This document shows, in pieces, positions 1 through 12,923 of a stretch of 64,000 nucleotides of DNA; the first letter of the stretch is position 1, and every line of letters starts with the position of its first letter. The DNA is from Octopus vulgaris (taxonomy: Eukaryota), in contig OX597819.1 in NCBI GenBank assembly GCA_951406725.2, forward strand, positions 30,194,001 through 30,258,000. The letters run 5' to 3'. Under the pieces are notes generated by a model. The model searched no databases. It saw nothing but the letters and a program-made list of their open reading frames with translations, and was not told the DNA's origin. Made by a program: the position numbers and the translations under genes.

Positions 1-497
<497 letters not shown>

Positions 498-1640
498 TAC
501 AGTGTAGGTAAAAATGCACTGGAGTCTTTAGTCATCTGTCAAGTCACAACAAGGACCTCAGACAGATAATACTTTCCTTAAAATTTGCGCTGTGCCTAAT
601 GAGGCTGCTTTTTGCAAGACATCTATCTTGCATGGGATTTCCAGTTACTTTAAGAAGTCTTGAAGTTTCAATGGGATTGAGCCCAACGCTTCGATTACCA
701 CTGGTATCACTTTTACATTACCTTCTCGCATTCCATACAGTCTTGCCATTTCTACCTTCAATTCGGTGTACTTGGTGATTTTTTTTCAACCTCTACTCAC
801 AACATTCATGTCCTTTGGTATGGCTACATCAATGATCTGACAGTATTTATATCTCTTATTCAGTATGACAATATCCGGCCGACGGTGTTAGATTACACGA
901 TCCGTCTGAGAGTCATAGCCCCAGAGTATCGTTACATTTCCATCCTCTTGCATAACTTTACTTGGTACCAGTCCTCTGTTACTTCATATTGGTTTTTACT
1001 GCATAAGAGCCAATGGAGATACACACACACACTTTAACGTGGCGGCACTTGTATTCTTTTTGTGCAAGGCTCTCACATCCACTGACCAATTCGGTCACAT
1101 TTTTCACACTCTTTCCACAGAGTCTGCATTTCTGGGTCAGAAGTTTTATAAATTGGTAGCGAGAGCCTGGTCTTGTGCAGCAATGATCAGGTTTTCGGTG
1201 ATACACTTCAAATGACCTCGCTCAAGCCATTCCCGCGATACTGTATTATACATAACGTCCTGTGTATTCCTTTCAAACTGTCCATGCATTCTCATTTCAA
1301 GGTCTTCTTTTCTCTTCTCAGCTCTTTTAGTTAAACTCTTCCTTGCCCATCATTTCATCTGTATTTACACCCATATATTTCGCAGCATATTGTAGCAGGT
1401 CTCCATCACTATTTATCAAATACTCAGTAAGCGTTCTCCTTTCACTCCTTATACAATAGTCTATACTAATTAGTCCTCTGCCACCATTCTTTCTTTTCAT
1501 ATACAGTATGTTTACGTTTGCTTTAGGGTGTAGCGCCCCATGGAGCGTCATCAACTTTCTCGTCCTTCTGTCCAGTGGTGATATTTCCTCCTTAGTCCAT
1601 TTGACGATGGATGCACTATATCTGACCCAGATATTCATTA
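498..1640 (-). mobile_element. Decayed R4/Dong-like RLE LINE, 3' half (copy 2), ending in a (TAA)n tail
   Basis: LDRRTRKLMTLHGALHPKANVNILYMKRKNGGRGL; CRLCGK...SGCESLAQKEYKCRH zinc knuckle; RRPDIVILNK...IIDVAIP PD-(D/E)xK nuclease; LQKAASLGTAQILRKVL C-terminus. Stops and frameshifts present. Confidence 0.88.
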
Positions 1641-1719
1641 CATTAATCAAATTTTCTGTTGATTTTATAAATAGAGTAGAAGACTCCTTGGAAAGCAAAG
1701 GAGTTGATGCGGATCTCAT

Positions 1720-2322
1720 AAACTTGCTTCATAAGATGGTAAAGCTTCTTGTTATCATTTGCATCAGCAGAAGCCTCAACATCACGAGCACGATCCTCCC
1801 ACCAAGTGTTCCGCATCTTCCTGAGAGATCGCTGCAGTAGTGATTTTACACTGCTATAGTGGGCAAGTGCTAGATTTCGCTGCACAGCTGAAAGTCCTGT
1901 GTGCAGCAGTACATTGTGGGCATGGCGCTTTACAGCCAATAGTCACTGGACTTCAGCATCATTTTCATCAAACCAGTCTCTGTATCTGGCAGTAGTATAT
2001 CCCAGTATTTCAGCAGCACATTAAAGAGCCTGGTCTCGAAAATCTTCCCATGCTGCAGTATTTTCGATGCTGGACAAGCACGTCTGGAGCTCTTTCTTCA
2101 ATACAGGATCATATATCTTGTGGACATTCAGACGCCGAGGAATGCCAACTGGCCCTCTTCTCTTTTTCACGCTAATCATCATCCTGAACTTTACTCGCAC
2201 CAGACTGTGGTCTGTCCAGCATTCCGATCCGTGAAAGGACTTGACATTACAAATGTCATAGATGTCATGCTTGCGGATGATGACATAATCCAGCAAGTGC
2301 CAAACTTTAGACCTTAGATGCA
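1720..2322 (-). mobile_element. RTE/BovB-like LINE fragment (APE C-terminal part and linker)
   Basis: MHLRSKVWHLLDYVII...ECWTDHSLVRVKF; DWFDEND; LRKMRNTWW. These are RTE-clade motifs. Confidence 0.85.
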
Positions 2323-2809
2323 TCAGCAACGTCAGTGGAGCGGGATAAGTCGATTACATTGACTCCAGTGCTGAACTGCGACGTTTATGCATAAAATGCA
2401 CTGGGAGTGAAGCACCCCTCGACTTCTGTTGAAGCATGTCTCTAACAGAAGGTCACTCTGATATAAAACCAGACATGCAGGGAATGGCATTGGACATTTT
2501 GGGAATCTTTGGTTTGTGCTAGAAATCATGGCGCTCCCACATCCCTGAGCCTGCGACTCAAATTGGTACCAGACATCTTGCTCCAGCGTGTCTCTGGATA
2601 ATGTCAATAAAGTGGAGAGGGTCTATGAGATGTCGTGCAAGTCTTATTAGGCCTAAAACTCTGCACAGGCAATGCTGAACTCAGCTCGATATGTGCTGAT
2701 TTTTTTCCTCATATATATTTATTTTATTTTCAGTATATATGTATCTTTATTTTTAGTATATATTTGTATATTTATCTATTTTTAATATATTTTTATTTTT
2801 ATTCGAAAG

Positions 2810-3712
2810 TCCTGCGGCGATGGGAAAGTGGTGAAGCATGCAGACCAGACGGGTTAGAAGCATGTAGTCAGCGACCTGCACATAGGCAGCCCATGCTAGA
2901 TATAAAGTCGTCTCCTTGTCACCCAAGACAGCGATAGGATTCGGTTGCTGCATGGATGTCTGAGCAGCTCCATTTGGAGAGGGTACTGCTCATCCGGAAG
3001 CTGGGGAGGTTCTAGAAAAGGTGAACCAAAAATTGCCTGTTTTCTATATCTGGTCAGTTTAGCGCGACTGACGGATGTCCACCCTGCGCTCGAAAAACAA
3101 AGAGACTTTTGTTTACAAAATCTGGATGGAACTTGAACATTTCATGTTGGAATGTGCGCACTCTGTTGGATAACAAGAGTGACTGTAGGCCTGAAAGACG
3201 CACTGCACTTGTTGCTCACGTTATAACATTGATATAGCTGCACTTTCAGAGACTCGTATAGAAGCTTGGTCACCTTGAGGAAGTTGAAGGTGGACACACT
3301 TTTTTTTATTTTTTGGAAGGGGAAGCAAAAAGGGGAGCACAGAGAGGTTGGTATTGGCTTTGCAGTTCCTTAAGAACTGATATCCTTAAGAAGTCGGAGG
3401 AGCTTCCTGTTCCTATAAATGAACGTCTAGTGACTCTACGATTGCACCTCAAAGGTGGGCAGTTTGCTACTCTAATAAGTGTCTTTGCACCTACTTTGAC
3501 TTGTTGTGATGAAGATAAAACTATTTTTTATACCCAGCTGAGAGCCATACTTAGGAAAATCCCCAATTCTACTGAGGGATTTCAATGCCAGGGTTGGGAC
3601 AGACTGGCAAACATGGAACTCTCTAGGACGTTTTGGTGTAGGGAAAATGGATAGCAATGGTCTCATGCTGCTGGAGCTTTGCAATGAACATGGACTTTAC
3701 ATCGCAAGCACA
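2810..3712 (+). mobile_element. RTE/BovB-like LINE 5' part (5'UTR and APE N-terminus)
   Basis: CWNVRTLLDN...RPERRTALVA...NIDIAALSETR; PINERLVTLRLHL...ATLISVFAPT; GKMDSNGLMLLELCNEHGL. Ends at (CA)n(TA)n. Confidence 0.88.
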
Positions 3713-3723
3713 CACACACACAC

Positions 3724-3775
<52 letters not shown>

Positions 3776-5302
3776 TCACACACGTGCTAAGTCAGTCGTA
3801 CGCCATATTGCGTTCGTTTACGCCAAAACACAACTTAGCCATTCGATAAATAGTGTTAGATTAAATAAGTACGTGACTGTGGCAGTGTTGATGATGTCGT
3901 GTACAACACTTCAAAGCAGTGCTCCAGTAAGGCCGCAGTTCAATAATTGAAGCCAATAAACTACTCAAATAGTATGACAGAAAACAAATGAATGAATAAA
4001 CTCATATGAAAATACTGAATTATTTTTCAGAAACTTCCCAAATTAAAACTTCCAATTTTGTATAGATTGTTATAGTATTAATTACAAATACTGCAATGCT
4101 ATCGATGTATATTCACTTTATCGTTTGGGGATTTTTTCTCGAATGTAATAACGAAGCAATTCTAAATTTTATTTTTTCGTTGATAAAATCTTTTCGCCTT
4201 TACTTCACAAATTCTCAACTGTCTAAAGATATTAATGATACCGAGTTTTATAATAATTATCGGAGATGTTGCATTTAATTCTTTAGCATCCAATACTGAA
4301 TATAATCAGCGCTTTGGCAAATAATTTGGCGCTTCTCGTAAATATATTTGAATCACTAAGAAATTGGGAGAATTTTCATAAACTTATCACAACACATTGT
4401 TGTTTTCCATCGGTATGATTGATTTAGTATCTTGTATCAATGTTTTGACTTTATTAAGCACGCTGAAAAGCATTCGTTATAAACACCTCCACATTAATTA
4501 GTAACATTTGTTTAATCAGTGATAGAATGGAAAATTTTGAGCTCAGGCTAACCCTGATCGAGTAGACCTAACCTATGATCAGGTGTGTTCCAACAATGAC
4601 CATTCACTTGCTTGAGAAGATAGCAGGACAAAATTATTAATGTAGCCATATGTAATGTGTGAGATTCGAAGAAGCTTTGGCTGCTACTTCTAACAAGTCA
4701 TACGAAAGTAAGAGATTGCTGTTGTTACTGTTTGATCCCAGGTTAGCCCTGACCAAACAAATCTCTGATTTAAAATAGTAAGCTATAACCATCCTGTCTG
4801 CATCTAGAACTACGTAACCTAGTGTATTCTGACTTCTTTCATGACAGCCCAGTGTAGTTTGAGGGATATTTGACTGCTATTTCAACCAGATCGAACGACC
4901 ACGTTAATACCTCTGGATCGCTTGCATCATTGCCTGTTACTTTTGATAGTTTTAAAGATCGATTCTGGTTTTCAAACATCTACACTTTTTGAATATATGT
5001 GATAAATAGAATACTCGATGTTTCACTCAAATACAGATTTTGCCAATAACTATTGGTTATAAAGCTTCTTTTCTTTCTCTGGCTTTTAAAAGAAATCAAA
5101 CATAATTGCTGTTGTCTATCTCATACCATCTCATACTCAGTAAAACTATAGGATATAAAGAATACTAACTTTGACAATTCTGTCTTTTTAAAATTGTCAG
5201 GATCACACTGTCTGTAGTATTCTTTCCTATTTTAAGATGATAGGGAGTTATTTCAGGAACAGTTGTATCTATTTCTGGAAGGTCAATTGCTACGCAAAAA
5301 CT

Positions 5303-5710
5303 GGATCTTTTCAGTTTGAACGGCAGTTTTTTCTAGCGGTGTCATATGAAATTGTCACCCATAATTATGACCCTAGTATTGCATTTCAATCTGTTTTAGG
5401 GTTAGGGTTAGGGGTGGGGGGAAGGGTATCTTTTTTCTTCACAAATGTAAATAAACCCAATTTGTTTCTTAAACGAGGGACATATTCATACGGCACAGAA
5501 TGTGTTCACCTCAAATACACGTCATTGATTGGTTGAAATTGCCAAAATTGAAGAAAATATCTTACAAATATCTTACAAACTATAGAATTTTCTCAATAAA
5601 GCCAAGAGAGAAAGATGGTTTATAGACACATTCTACCAGTATACAAAGTTAAAAATTTTTTAGTTACCTAGAAATTATGATGAAAACTGCCGTTCAAACC
5701 GAAAAGATCC
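5303..5710. mobile_element. MITE with GG-starting TIRs, 8-bp TSD and internal TTAGGG repeats (copy 1)
   Basis: TIR GGATCTTTTC(A)GTTTGAACGGCAGTTTT / AAAACTGCCGTTCAAACCGAAAAGATCC; TSD CAAAAACT at 5295-5302 and 5711-5718. Confidence 0.93.
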
Positions 5711-5789
5711 CAAAAACTTAGACGATATAATTCATTTGATGCCGTATTAGACTCAGTTCTGTGCGATAACCAACCATTAGTTTATCGTC

Positions 5790-6295
5790 CTATAAGTCAG
5801 TTATCATCTACATCACTTTGATATTTAACTTCTATATTATAGCCAGTAAATAAAGCTCCAGTGATTATATGTTTAAAAATATTCTATATTTTAGCCAAAA
5901 AATATTGCCCCAATGGTCATATGTTTAACAATCTATATTGACGTCTAACGTTCTTTATTGTAATCAACAAATATGAATCCAATTATCATATATTTTTTAT
6001 TTTATATTAACGTTTCTATTTTAACAAAGATGTTTCTAACTACGGTATATTTAATATTCTATATTTAACGTCATGTATCGTAGCCAATAAATATGGTTCT
6101 AATGATTATATATTTAACATTTTATATTGACATCAACATTTTATACTGCGATCAAGAAATATAGCTCTGAATATAGTATATATTTGATATTCTATATTGA
6201 TATCAACGTTCTATATTGTAACCAAAACGTATGGTTCTAATGACTATATATTTAACGTTCTGTATTGTAACCAACAAATATTGCTGTAAAGATTC
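5790..6295. repeat. Degenerate AT-rich minisatellite (~50-70 bp unit)
   Basis: Recurrent TTCTATATT(G)TA(G/A)CCAA(C)AAATAT(G)G..C.AATG..TATAT.TTTAAC motif, about 8 copies. Confidence 0.7.
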
Positions 6296-6321
6296 ATGTC
6301 ATATGACTTGAAGCGAATATT

Positions 6322-6897
6322 GGTTTTAAGTTTCGGCACGAGGTCAGCAACGTCAGTGGAGCGGGGTAAGTCGATTACATTGACTCCAGTGCTCAATTGC
6401 CACTTATTTTATCGATCCCGAAAGAATGAAAGGCAAACTCGACCTCGACGGAATTTGAACTCAGAACGTAATGACAAACGAAATGCCGCTAAGCATCTTC
6501 CTAGGCGTACGAACAATTCTTCTCTACTCTAGGCACAAGGCCCGAAATTTGGGGGGAGGGGCCAGTCGATTAGATCGACCCCAGTACGCAACTGGTACTT
6601 AATTTATCGACCCCGAAAGGATGAAAGACAAAGTCGACTCGGCGGAATTTGAACTCGGAATGTAAAGACAGACTAAATACCTATTTCTTTACTACCCACA
6701 AGGGGCTAAACACAGAGGGGACAAACAAGGACAGACAAACAGATTAAGTCGATTATATCGACTCCAGTGTGTAACTGGTACTTAATTTATCGACCCCGAA
6801 AGGATGAAAGGCAAAGTCGACCTCGGCGGAATTTGAACGAGACACCGCTAAGCATTTCGCCCGGCTTGCCAACGTTTCTGCCAGCTCGCAGCCTTAG
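6322..6897 (-). mobile_element. tRNA-derived SINE family A, composite (young dimer nested in an older copy)
   Basis: Head AAGGCTGCGAGCTGGCAGAAACG, B-box GTTCAAATTCC, repeated core GTCGACTTTGCCTTTCATCCTTTCGGGGTCGAT; TSD TTGAAGCGAATATT at 6308-6321 and 6898-6911. Confidence 0.9.
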
Positions 6898-7114
6898 TTG
6901 AAGCGAATATTACAATTATACTTCAATGTTTGCAATAATTGTTCAATAGGCAACAAATTAGTCGAGCCGTTACAATGCCAGATAGAATTCCTTGTAGTAT
7001 TCGTTTAGCTCTCTGCATTCTGAGTTCAAATCCCAGATGATACCTTTGCCCTTTATCGAGGTCGATAAATAAATGAAGTACCAGTTAAGCACTAGAATCC
7101 ATTTCTCTCTCTTT

Positions 7115-7155
<41 letters not shown>

Positions 7156-7548
7156 CTTACCCTCTTTCTCTCTACGAAATATGCCTACAATTCAGCTTGA
7201 CCACACCGTGTCACGATGATTTAGCTTACGAATAACGACAAAGCCACACATATCTGTGGAACAGTCAGCTACTTAGGCGTTAATTTCGCGAAAGGGTATC
7301 CGTTTGCTTAGACAACTGAATGCTCATCGTTAGACAGACGAAGAAGCCACTATAATATCAAATATATCAGGTTGTGCATGAACCAGCGTAATAATAATAA
7401 TAATAATAATAATGATAATAATAATAATGCCCTGATGCAGTACCGTGACCCTACAAGCCGTTAATATTTACGTATCAGCTTACGGGAATGTGTTTAATAC
7501 GTAAGATTGGTATATCCAATTGTGTTACACTGTTATATTTAGTAGCTA

Positions 7549-7655
7549 CTAGCAGTATCGCCCGGCGTTGCTCGGGTTTGTAAAGGAAATAACTATAAAG
7601 CATTTTTAGAGAGTTATAGCCAAAAAATAGAAAAAAATGGAAAAAAAATTATGGA
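7549..7655 (-). mobile_element. 3' end fragment of non-autonomous Helitron (same family as 26823-27203)
   Basis: Reverse complement of ...CCCGAGCAACGCCGGGCGATACTGCTAG (hairpin plus CTAG terminus). Confidence 0.85.
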
Positions 7656-7801
7656 TAATTAATGTGTAGGATGGGTGCTGTAGAAGGAACAAAAACAGAA
7701 ATATGTCACTTGCGTCCAGTACTCATTTTCATTTTCGATTTCATTGCTTGCATCGTGCGTCTCGGATACGAAATGCCGTAACAAAATTGGTGCTCTCTTT
7801 A

Positions 7802-7868
<67 letters not shown>

Positions 7869-7892
7869 ACTCTCTATCTATCTATCTATCTC

Positions 7893-8105
7893 TCTTTTAC
7901 TTGTTTCAGTCATTTGACTGCTGCCATGCTGGAGCACCGCCTTTAATCGAGCAAATCGACCCCAGGACTTATTCTTTGTAAGCCTAGTACTTATTCTATC
8001 GTTCTCTTTTGCCGAACCGCTAAGTTACGGGGACGTAAATACACCAGTACTGGTTGTCAATCGATGTTGGGGGACAAACACAGACACACAAACACACATA
8101 CACTC

Positions 8106-8164
<59 letters not shown>

Positions 8165-8331
8165 CATATATACGGCGGGCTTATTTCAGTTTCCGTCTAC
8201 CAAATCCACTCACAAGGCTTTGGTCGGCCCGAGGCTATAGAAGAAGACACTTGCCGAAGGTGCCACGCAGTGGGACTGAACCCGAAACCATGTGGTTGGT
8301 AAGCAAGCTACTTACCACACAGCCACTCCTG
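7893..8331 (-). mobile_element. SINE family B (internal microsatellite, GTAAAAGA tail)
   Basis: Near-identical to 45314-45724 and 47176-47570; head GGAGTGGCTGTGTGGTAAGTAGCTTGC. Confidence 0.88.
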
Positions 8332-8456
8332 CATCTGGTTATAATTTCTATAGACAATCTGTCGAGATAACTTTAACAAGTGATGTAAATAGCTCTGCTA
8401 ATACAGTTGAACAGGGTATTGACTTATAAAAACGTTTAATATACTGTGTAGTATAT

Positions 8457-8860
8457 TCTTTTCTACTCGAAGCACAAGGCCCGAAATTTGGGGGGAGTGG
8501 GGGCAGTCAATTAGATCGACCCCTGTACACAACCGGCACTTAATTTATCGACTCCGAAAGGATGAAAGGCAAAGTCGTAAAGATAGACGAAATACCTATT
8601 TCTTTACTACCCACAAGGGGCTAAACACAGCGGGGACAAACAAGGACAGACAAACGGATTAAGTCGATTACATCGACCCCAGTGCGTAACTGGTACATAT
8701 TTAATCGACCCCGAAAGGATGAAAGGCAAAGTCGACCTCGGCGGAATTTGAACTCAGAACGTAGCGGCAGACGAAATACCTATTTCTTTACTACCCAGAA
8801 GGGGCTAAACACAGAGAGGACAAACAAGGACAGACAGACAGATTAAGTCGATTATATCTT
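8457..8860 (-). mobile_element. SINE family A multimer lacking the head
   Basis: Repeated family A bodies joined at CGAAATACC/TATTT junctions. Confidence 0.85.
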
Positions 8861-9296
8861 CATATTTAAGTAGATTGTTGTTATCTTATTAAATAAAGAA
8901 ATACTTCGTGAGAAGGAAGTAAACAGACTGGAATGAGGAACAAACGAATCAAAATCCCATATTTCTGTGAGTGTTAGTAAAGCTTCTAATATTGATCACA
9001 TGACCACAAAGGAAGTAGGTGGAGCAGTCGATTATTTTATCCGGGGTTGATAAAATTAGATACTTGACTAATGCGACATTTTAGCGAAGTAGTAAGAATG
9101 AAAGACAAAGAAGACTCCGACTGAAACTGAAATCAGAAAGCAAAACATTTTGTCGTCTGCTCTACGTAATCAACCTATCACTACCACAAGATAGCAAGGA
9201 AGCCTCTACGCAACGATCGAATTGTAAGAAATTGCAACCAAATAATCCTCAAATACTAACCTAACGTCTTAAAAGTAGTTCAATATATTAGTTAAA

Positions 9297-9525
9297 AAGG
9301 CGGCGAGCTGGCAGAAACGTTAGCACGCCGGGCGAAATGCGTAGCCGTATTTCGTCTGCCGTTACGTTCTGAGTTCAAATTCCGCCGAGGTCGACTTTGC
9401 CTTTCATCCTTTCGGGGTCGACAAATTAAGTACCGGTTCATTGGAGTCGATGTAATCGACTTAATCCGTTTGTCTATCCTTGTTTGTCCCCTCTTTGTTT
9501 AGCGCCTTGTGGGTAGTAAAGAAAT
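9297..9525 (+). mobile_element. SINE family A monomer
   Basis: Full head to AAAGAAATA tail; TSD ATATATTAGTTAAA at 9283-9296 and 9526-9539. Confidence 0.92.
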
Positions 9526-9699
9526 ATATATTAGTTAAACTAAAATTGAAGAGGATTTTTTTTCTCTCGTCGGGTGACATGCCCGGACTAATGCAACTTT
9601 TCCACACTAGATATCCTGCTCGAGCGATGAGGCTTAATTGTTTGGCCTGGGTTTTAGTTAAATTGGTCTTTCTCTAACTGAAATATCACATCTGCGCAC

Positions 9700-10400
9700 A
9701 CCACGACTACAGATAATAGCTGTAGTTTGCTAACTGGGTTGGTTGATCCGGGCCATTGATAGTTTATTGTCAGTTTCATCTGCTCAACATCTAGTGTTAT
9801 TCGCCATTGATTCAATAAATTCATCTGCCGAAATCGTTTACATCCATCATGCTGCATCCCATGATTTTAATATACTCTAGTTTGGGTGGTTACATGCTAT
9901 TTAACCCGTATCTGGGGCCCTGACAGGTAATACACAAGATCAGAGTAGACATGAGACCAATAATGGCTAAGCGTTTGTCCTACACTCCTCGAAACGCTGG
10001 AACTCCCGAACCAGGGCCCTAATTCTTGATGCTGTTTGAAGTCATACCCAGTACTGTTGACTATAATATGTAATATGAGAGCATAATGGTCACGATGAGT
10101 TGAAATATGTGTCCATGACACAGAAACATTTCTCACAGCACATATACCATCAGAGTTTGCTATGCTCACCATTTTAAGCTCCTTGTTATGTCGCCAACGA
10201 TAGCCGCCTTCTCTAAGGGTCTTGAGCAGCATCTAAGTAGGACGATCAGAGACGATGGAAACCCGTTGCATAATGTTGAGCTGGTACTTTAGCCCTGTAG
10301 TACATCCTCCCACAACACAGAATTACCTGCTCAACACCATATTATTATATCAATTATTTTTCTGAACTGCCATGTTAGCTTGGCGATAACTATTAATACC
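9700..10400 (-). pseudogene. Highly decayed non-LTR reverse transcriptase fragment (possibly RLE-type)
   Basis: Across frames: VLQG*STSSTLCN (QG motif), LLKTLREGGYRW...VSIANSDGICAV (degenerate YADD), YYLSGPQI (YLG-like), in the expected order and spacing. Confidence 0.45.
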
Positions 10401-10494
10401 CAGTACTGCGAGCGTAGTCTCCTTTAGAGAGATTTAGAAACAATAATATTTCTACTTTTGAAAATCAGTGGATGTGTTCCACTGAATATATATA

Positions 10495-10650
10495 AACCTT
10501 CGAACAGAGAGTCAACAGCGACGCCTGCAGGATTCGGCTATTCCACATCGATAAGGGGCGAATACTGAAGGGTGTATCAGCCGAAACGTTGTGTTAACAA
10601 CAAACAAGATGAAGACAAATATCTGTCAAATATAAATAATGTGAATAAAT
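10495..10650 (+). mobile_element. Penelope-like terminal-repeat remnant with degenerate hammerhead motifs
   Basis: AACCTTCGAACAGAGA...GCGAC aligns with the reverse complement of 17550-17626; followed by CTGAAG...CCGAAACGTT. Confidence 0.55.
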
Positions 10651-11119
10651 ATGAAGTATTCATTTTGTCAATATTTATACATTTATTACACCGTACCAAT
10701 CACAAAATATCAATCATAATCGATGCTTGCCGTCTTTTAAAATGTATTACATAGTTAAAATTGGATAAGGGATACAACAAACGAGCGACAAAGATCTGAA
10801 ACCAAATGGACTGAATAAGCAAATTCTACAGACTTTAACTGACCCCAGGGTAACCTAACTTCATATCAGAGAAACAATATGATGTTTGCTGTTCTTGCTA
10901 TGGGAACGGAAGTGCTGCTGAAGAGTGCCAGGAGATCAAATCGATTGAAACGTACTCGAGGTATCAGAAAACGATGGGAAACATGTTGAAACTATCATAT
11001 CTCATGTAAACGCAACCAGACCAAAATATTCAATGAATTCAAAAGAATATAAATTCCAGTCTATTATGTCCGAGCCATAACCATAAAAAAAAACATACAA
11101 ATCGATAACAATAACAATG

Positions 11120-11270
11120 AAGAGAAGGGGAAGGAGAAGAGAAGGAGGAGGAGGAGGTGGATGATGAGGGGAAAGGGAGGAGATGAATGATGAGGGAGAG
11201 GGAGGCGGAGGAGGAGAAGGAGGATGAGGGGGATGCCGACGACGATGACGATGACGATGATGATGATGAC

Positions 11271-11302
<32 letters not shown>
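11120..11302. repeat. Purine-rich low-complexity tract plus (GAY)n microsatellite
   Basis: Directly visible. Confidence 0.9.
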
Positions 11303-11303
<1 letters not shown>

Positions 11304-12208
11304 AGGAAAGCAGACAATTATTCTGATAAATCAGACGAGCGTTAACAATGAAGCCTACTGTTGTAGACGGAAAAAAAAAATAACTGAATGCAGTTTGCCG
11401 TGTTCATATGAACAATTACAAAATACGCACAACAGAAGTTCACACAACTCTTAAATTACCTGAGAGATAAATTCAGAGTCTATTTCCTCTTGGTGATAGA
11501 CAATTTTCTATCACGCTCCAGTGAATATTTTTCCTTATCATTCTCTCATCAACAACTTCCTTTTGCTAAACGACCGGAACCGGATATAACAATGATTGAA
11601 TTTCATCCGCAATATTAGTTAATAACTTGAATCATTTTAATGTAACTTCTTGCTGTTTCTAACAATATTCCTGTTAAAACATAGAAAACAGAAAACTTGT
11701 AAAACAGGTAGAGCGTGTTTAATTGCTAAATTCTAGTAGAAATCCTTTCCTGTAAGCACAAAGATTCTTTTCAATTTTAGAATGAAATCTTACTTCAAAA
11801 GCTAGGAAATGGATTGTTAAAGTAAAAAAAGATTTTGTAATTTTTCGCGGTACTATTTTCTTTTTATTTTGATGTTATGACTTTTTTTTTAATATTAACA
11901 TCAAATTTAAACATAAGAATCAATAGAAATTCTAGTCGAAACTGTGTTTATATATTCTGTAAATTTCAAAAATATATTGAACAGTTCCCTGATACATTGA
12001 CTTTTGAAAGAGAATAATTATTCTTGTTAACAAGACTTTTTAATATCATAATTTCAATATTGAGTCTGAATTAAGGTTGCTTTGGTCATCACTTTCAGAC
12101 TACATGTCGTATATTGCTGTCAAATCTCATAATCTAACGCTAGATGCCTGAGACAAATAATTGAAGCGTTACAGAAATAAATTGAACACATATATAAAAG
12201 TCTTAGAA

Positions 12209-12350
<142 letters not shown>

Positions 12351-12923
12351 GAGTGAGAGAGCAGTGCATGCCATCAAAGTGACACTGGGGTAAAATATAC
12401 GAAGCCCAGTGTACCCATCATGACTACCCGTCTGATAAGGGTACACTAGGCACATGCATCACAACCATATGTGCGCGACATGGTAATTTCATATCAAGAT
12501 AAACAACACATGACCTTGCAGGTGGGGCCCAGTTAGAATTTTCTTCTGGTTGAGTAGCCCATCCCACTCAAAAGGTCCCTGATTAAGGGTTGTTTAAGGA
12601 TGTTGAATGAAACACCCATGTTTCCAGAGGTGAATTATCAAAGCCCCAAAGAATCCCTCTCAACACATGGCTATGATGCTCCCCCACTACTTCTGCTCGT
12701 GATCAGAGATGCACATATCGTCAGCCACTAAGGGACATGCTCAACTGGTTAAGGTCAAACAACTGACAAGCAAATCTGTGGTGTTGAGCAGAATATTTGC
12801 TGCAGCCCATCTTTTATACCAAGACAAAACAATGTACATGATAACACTTCCAATCAGTTAAGATCAGAAGCCATAAGAGCCACTGTCTGGTACTGCATCA
12901 GGGCATTGGTACTGCATCAGGGC

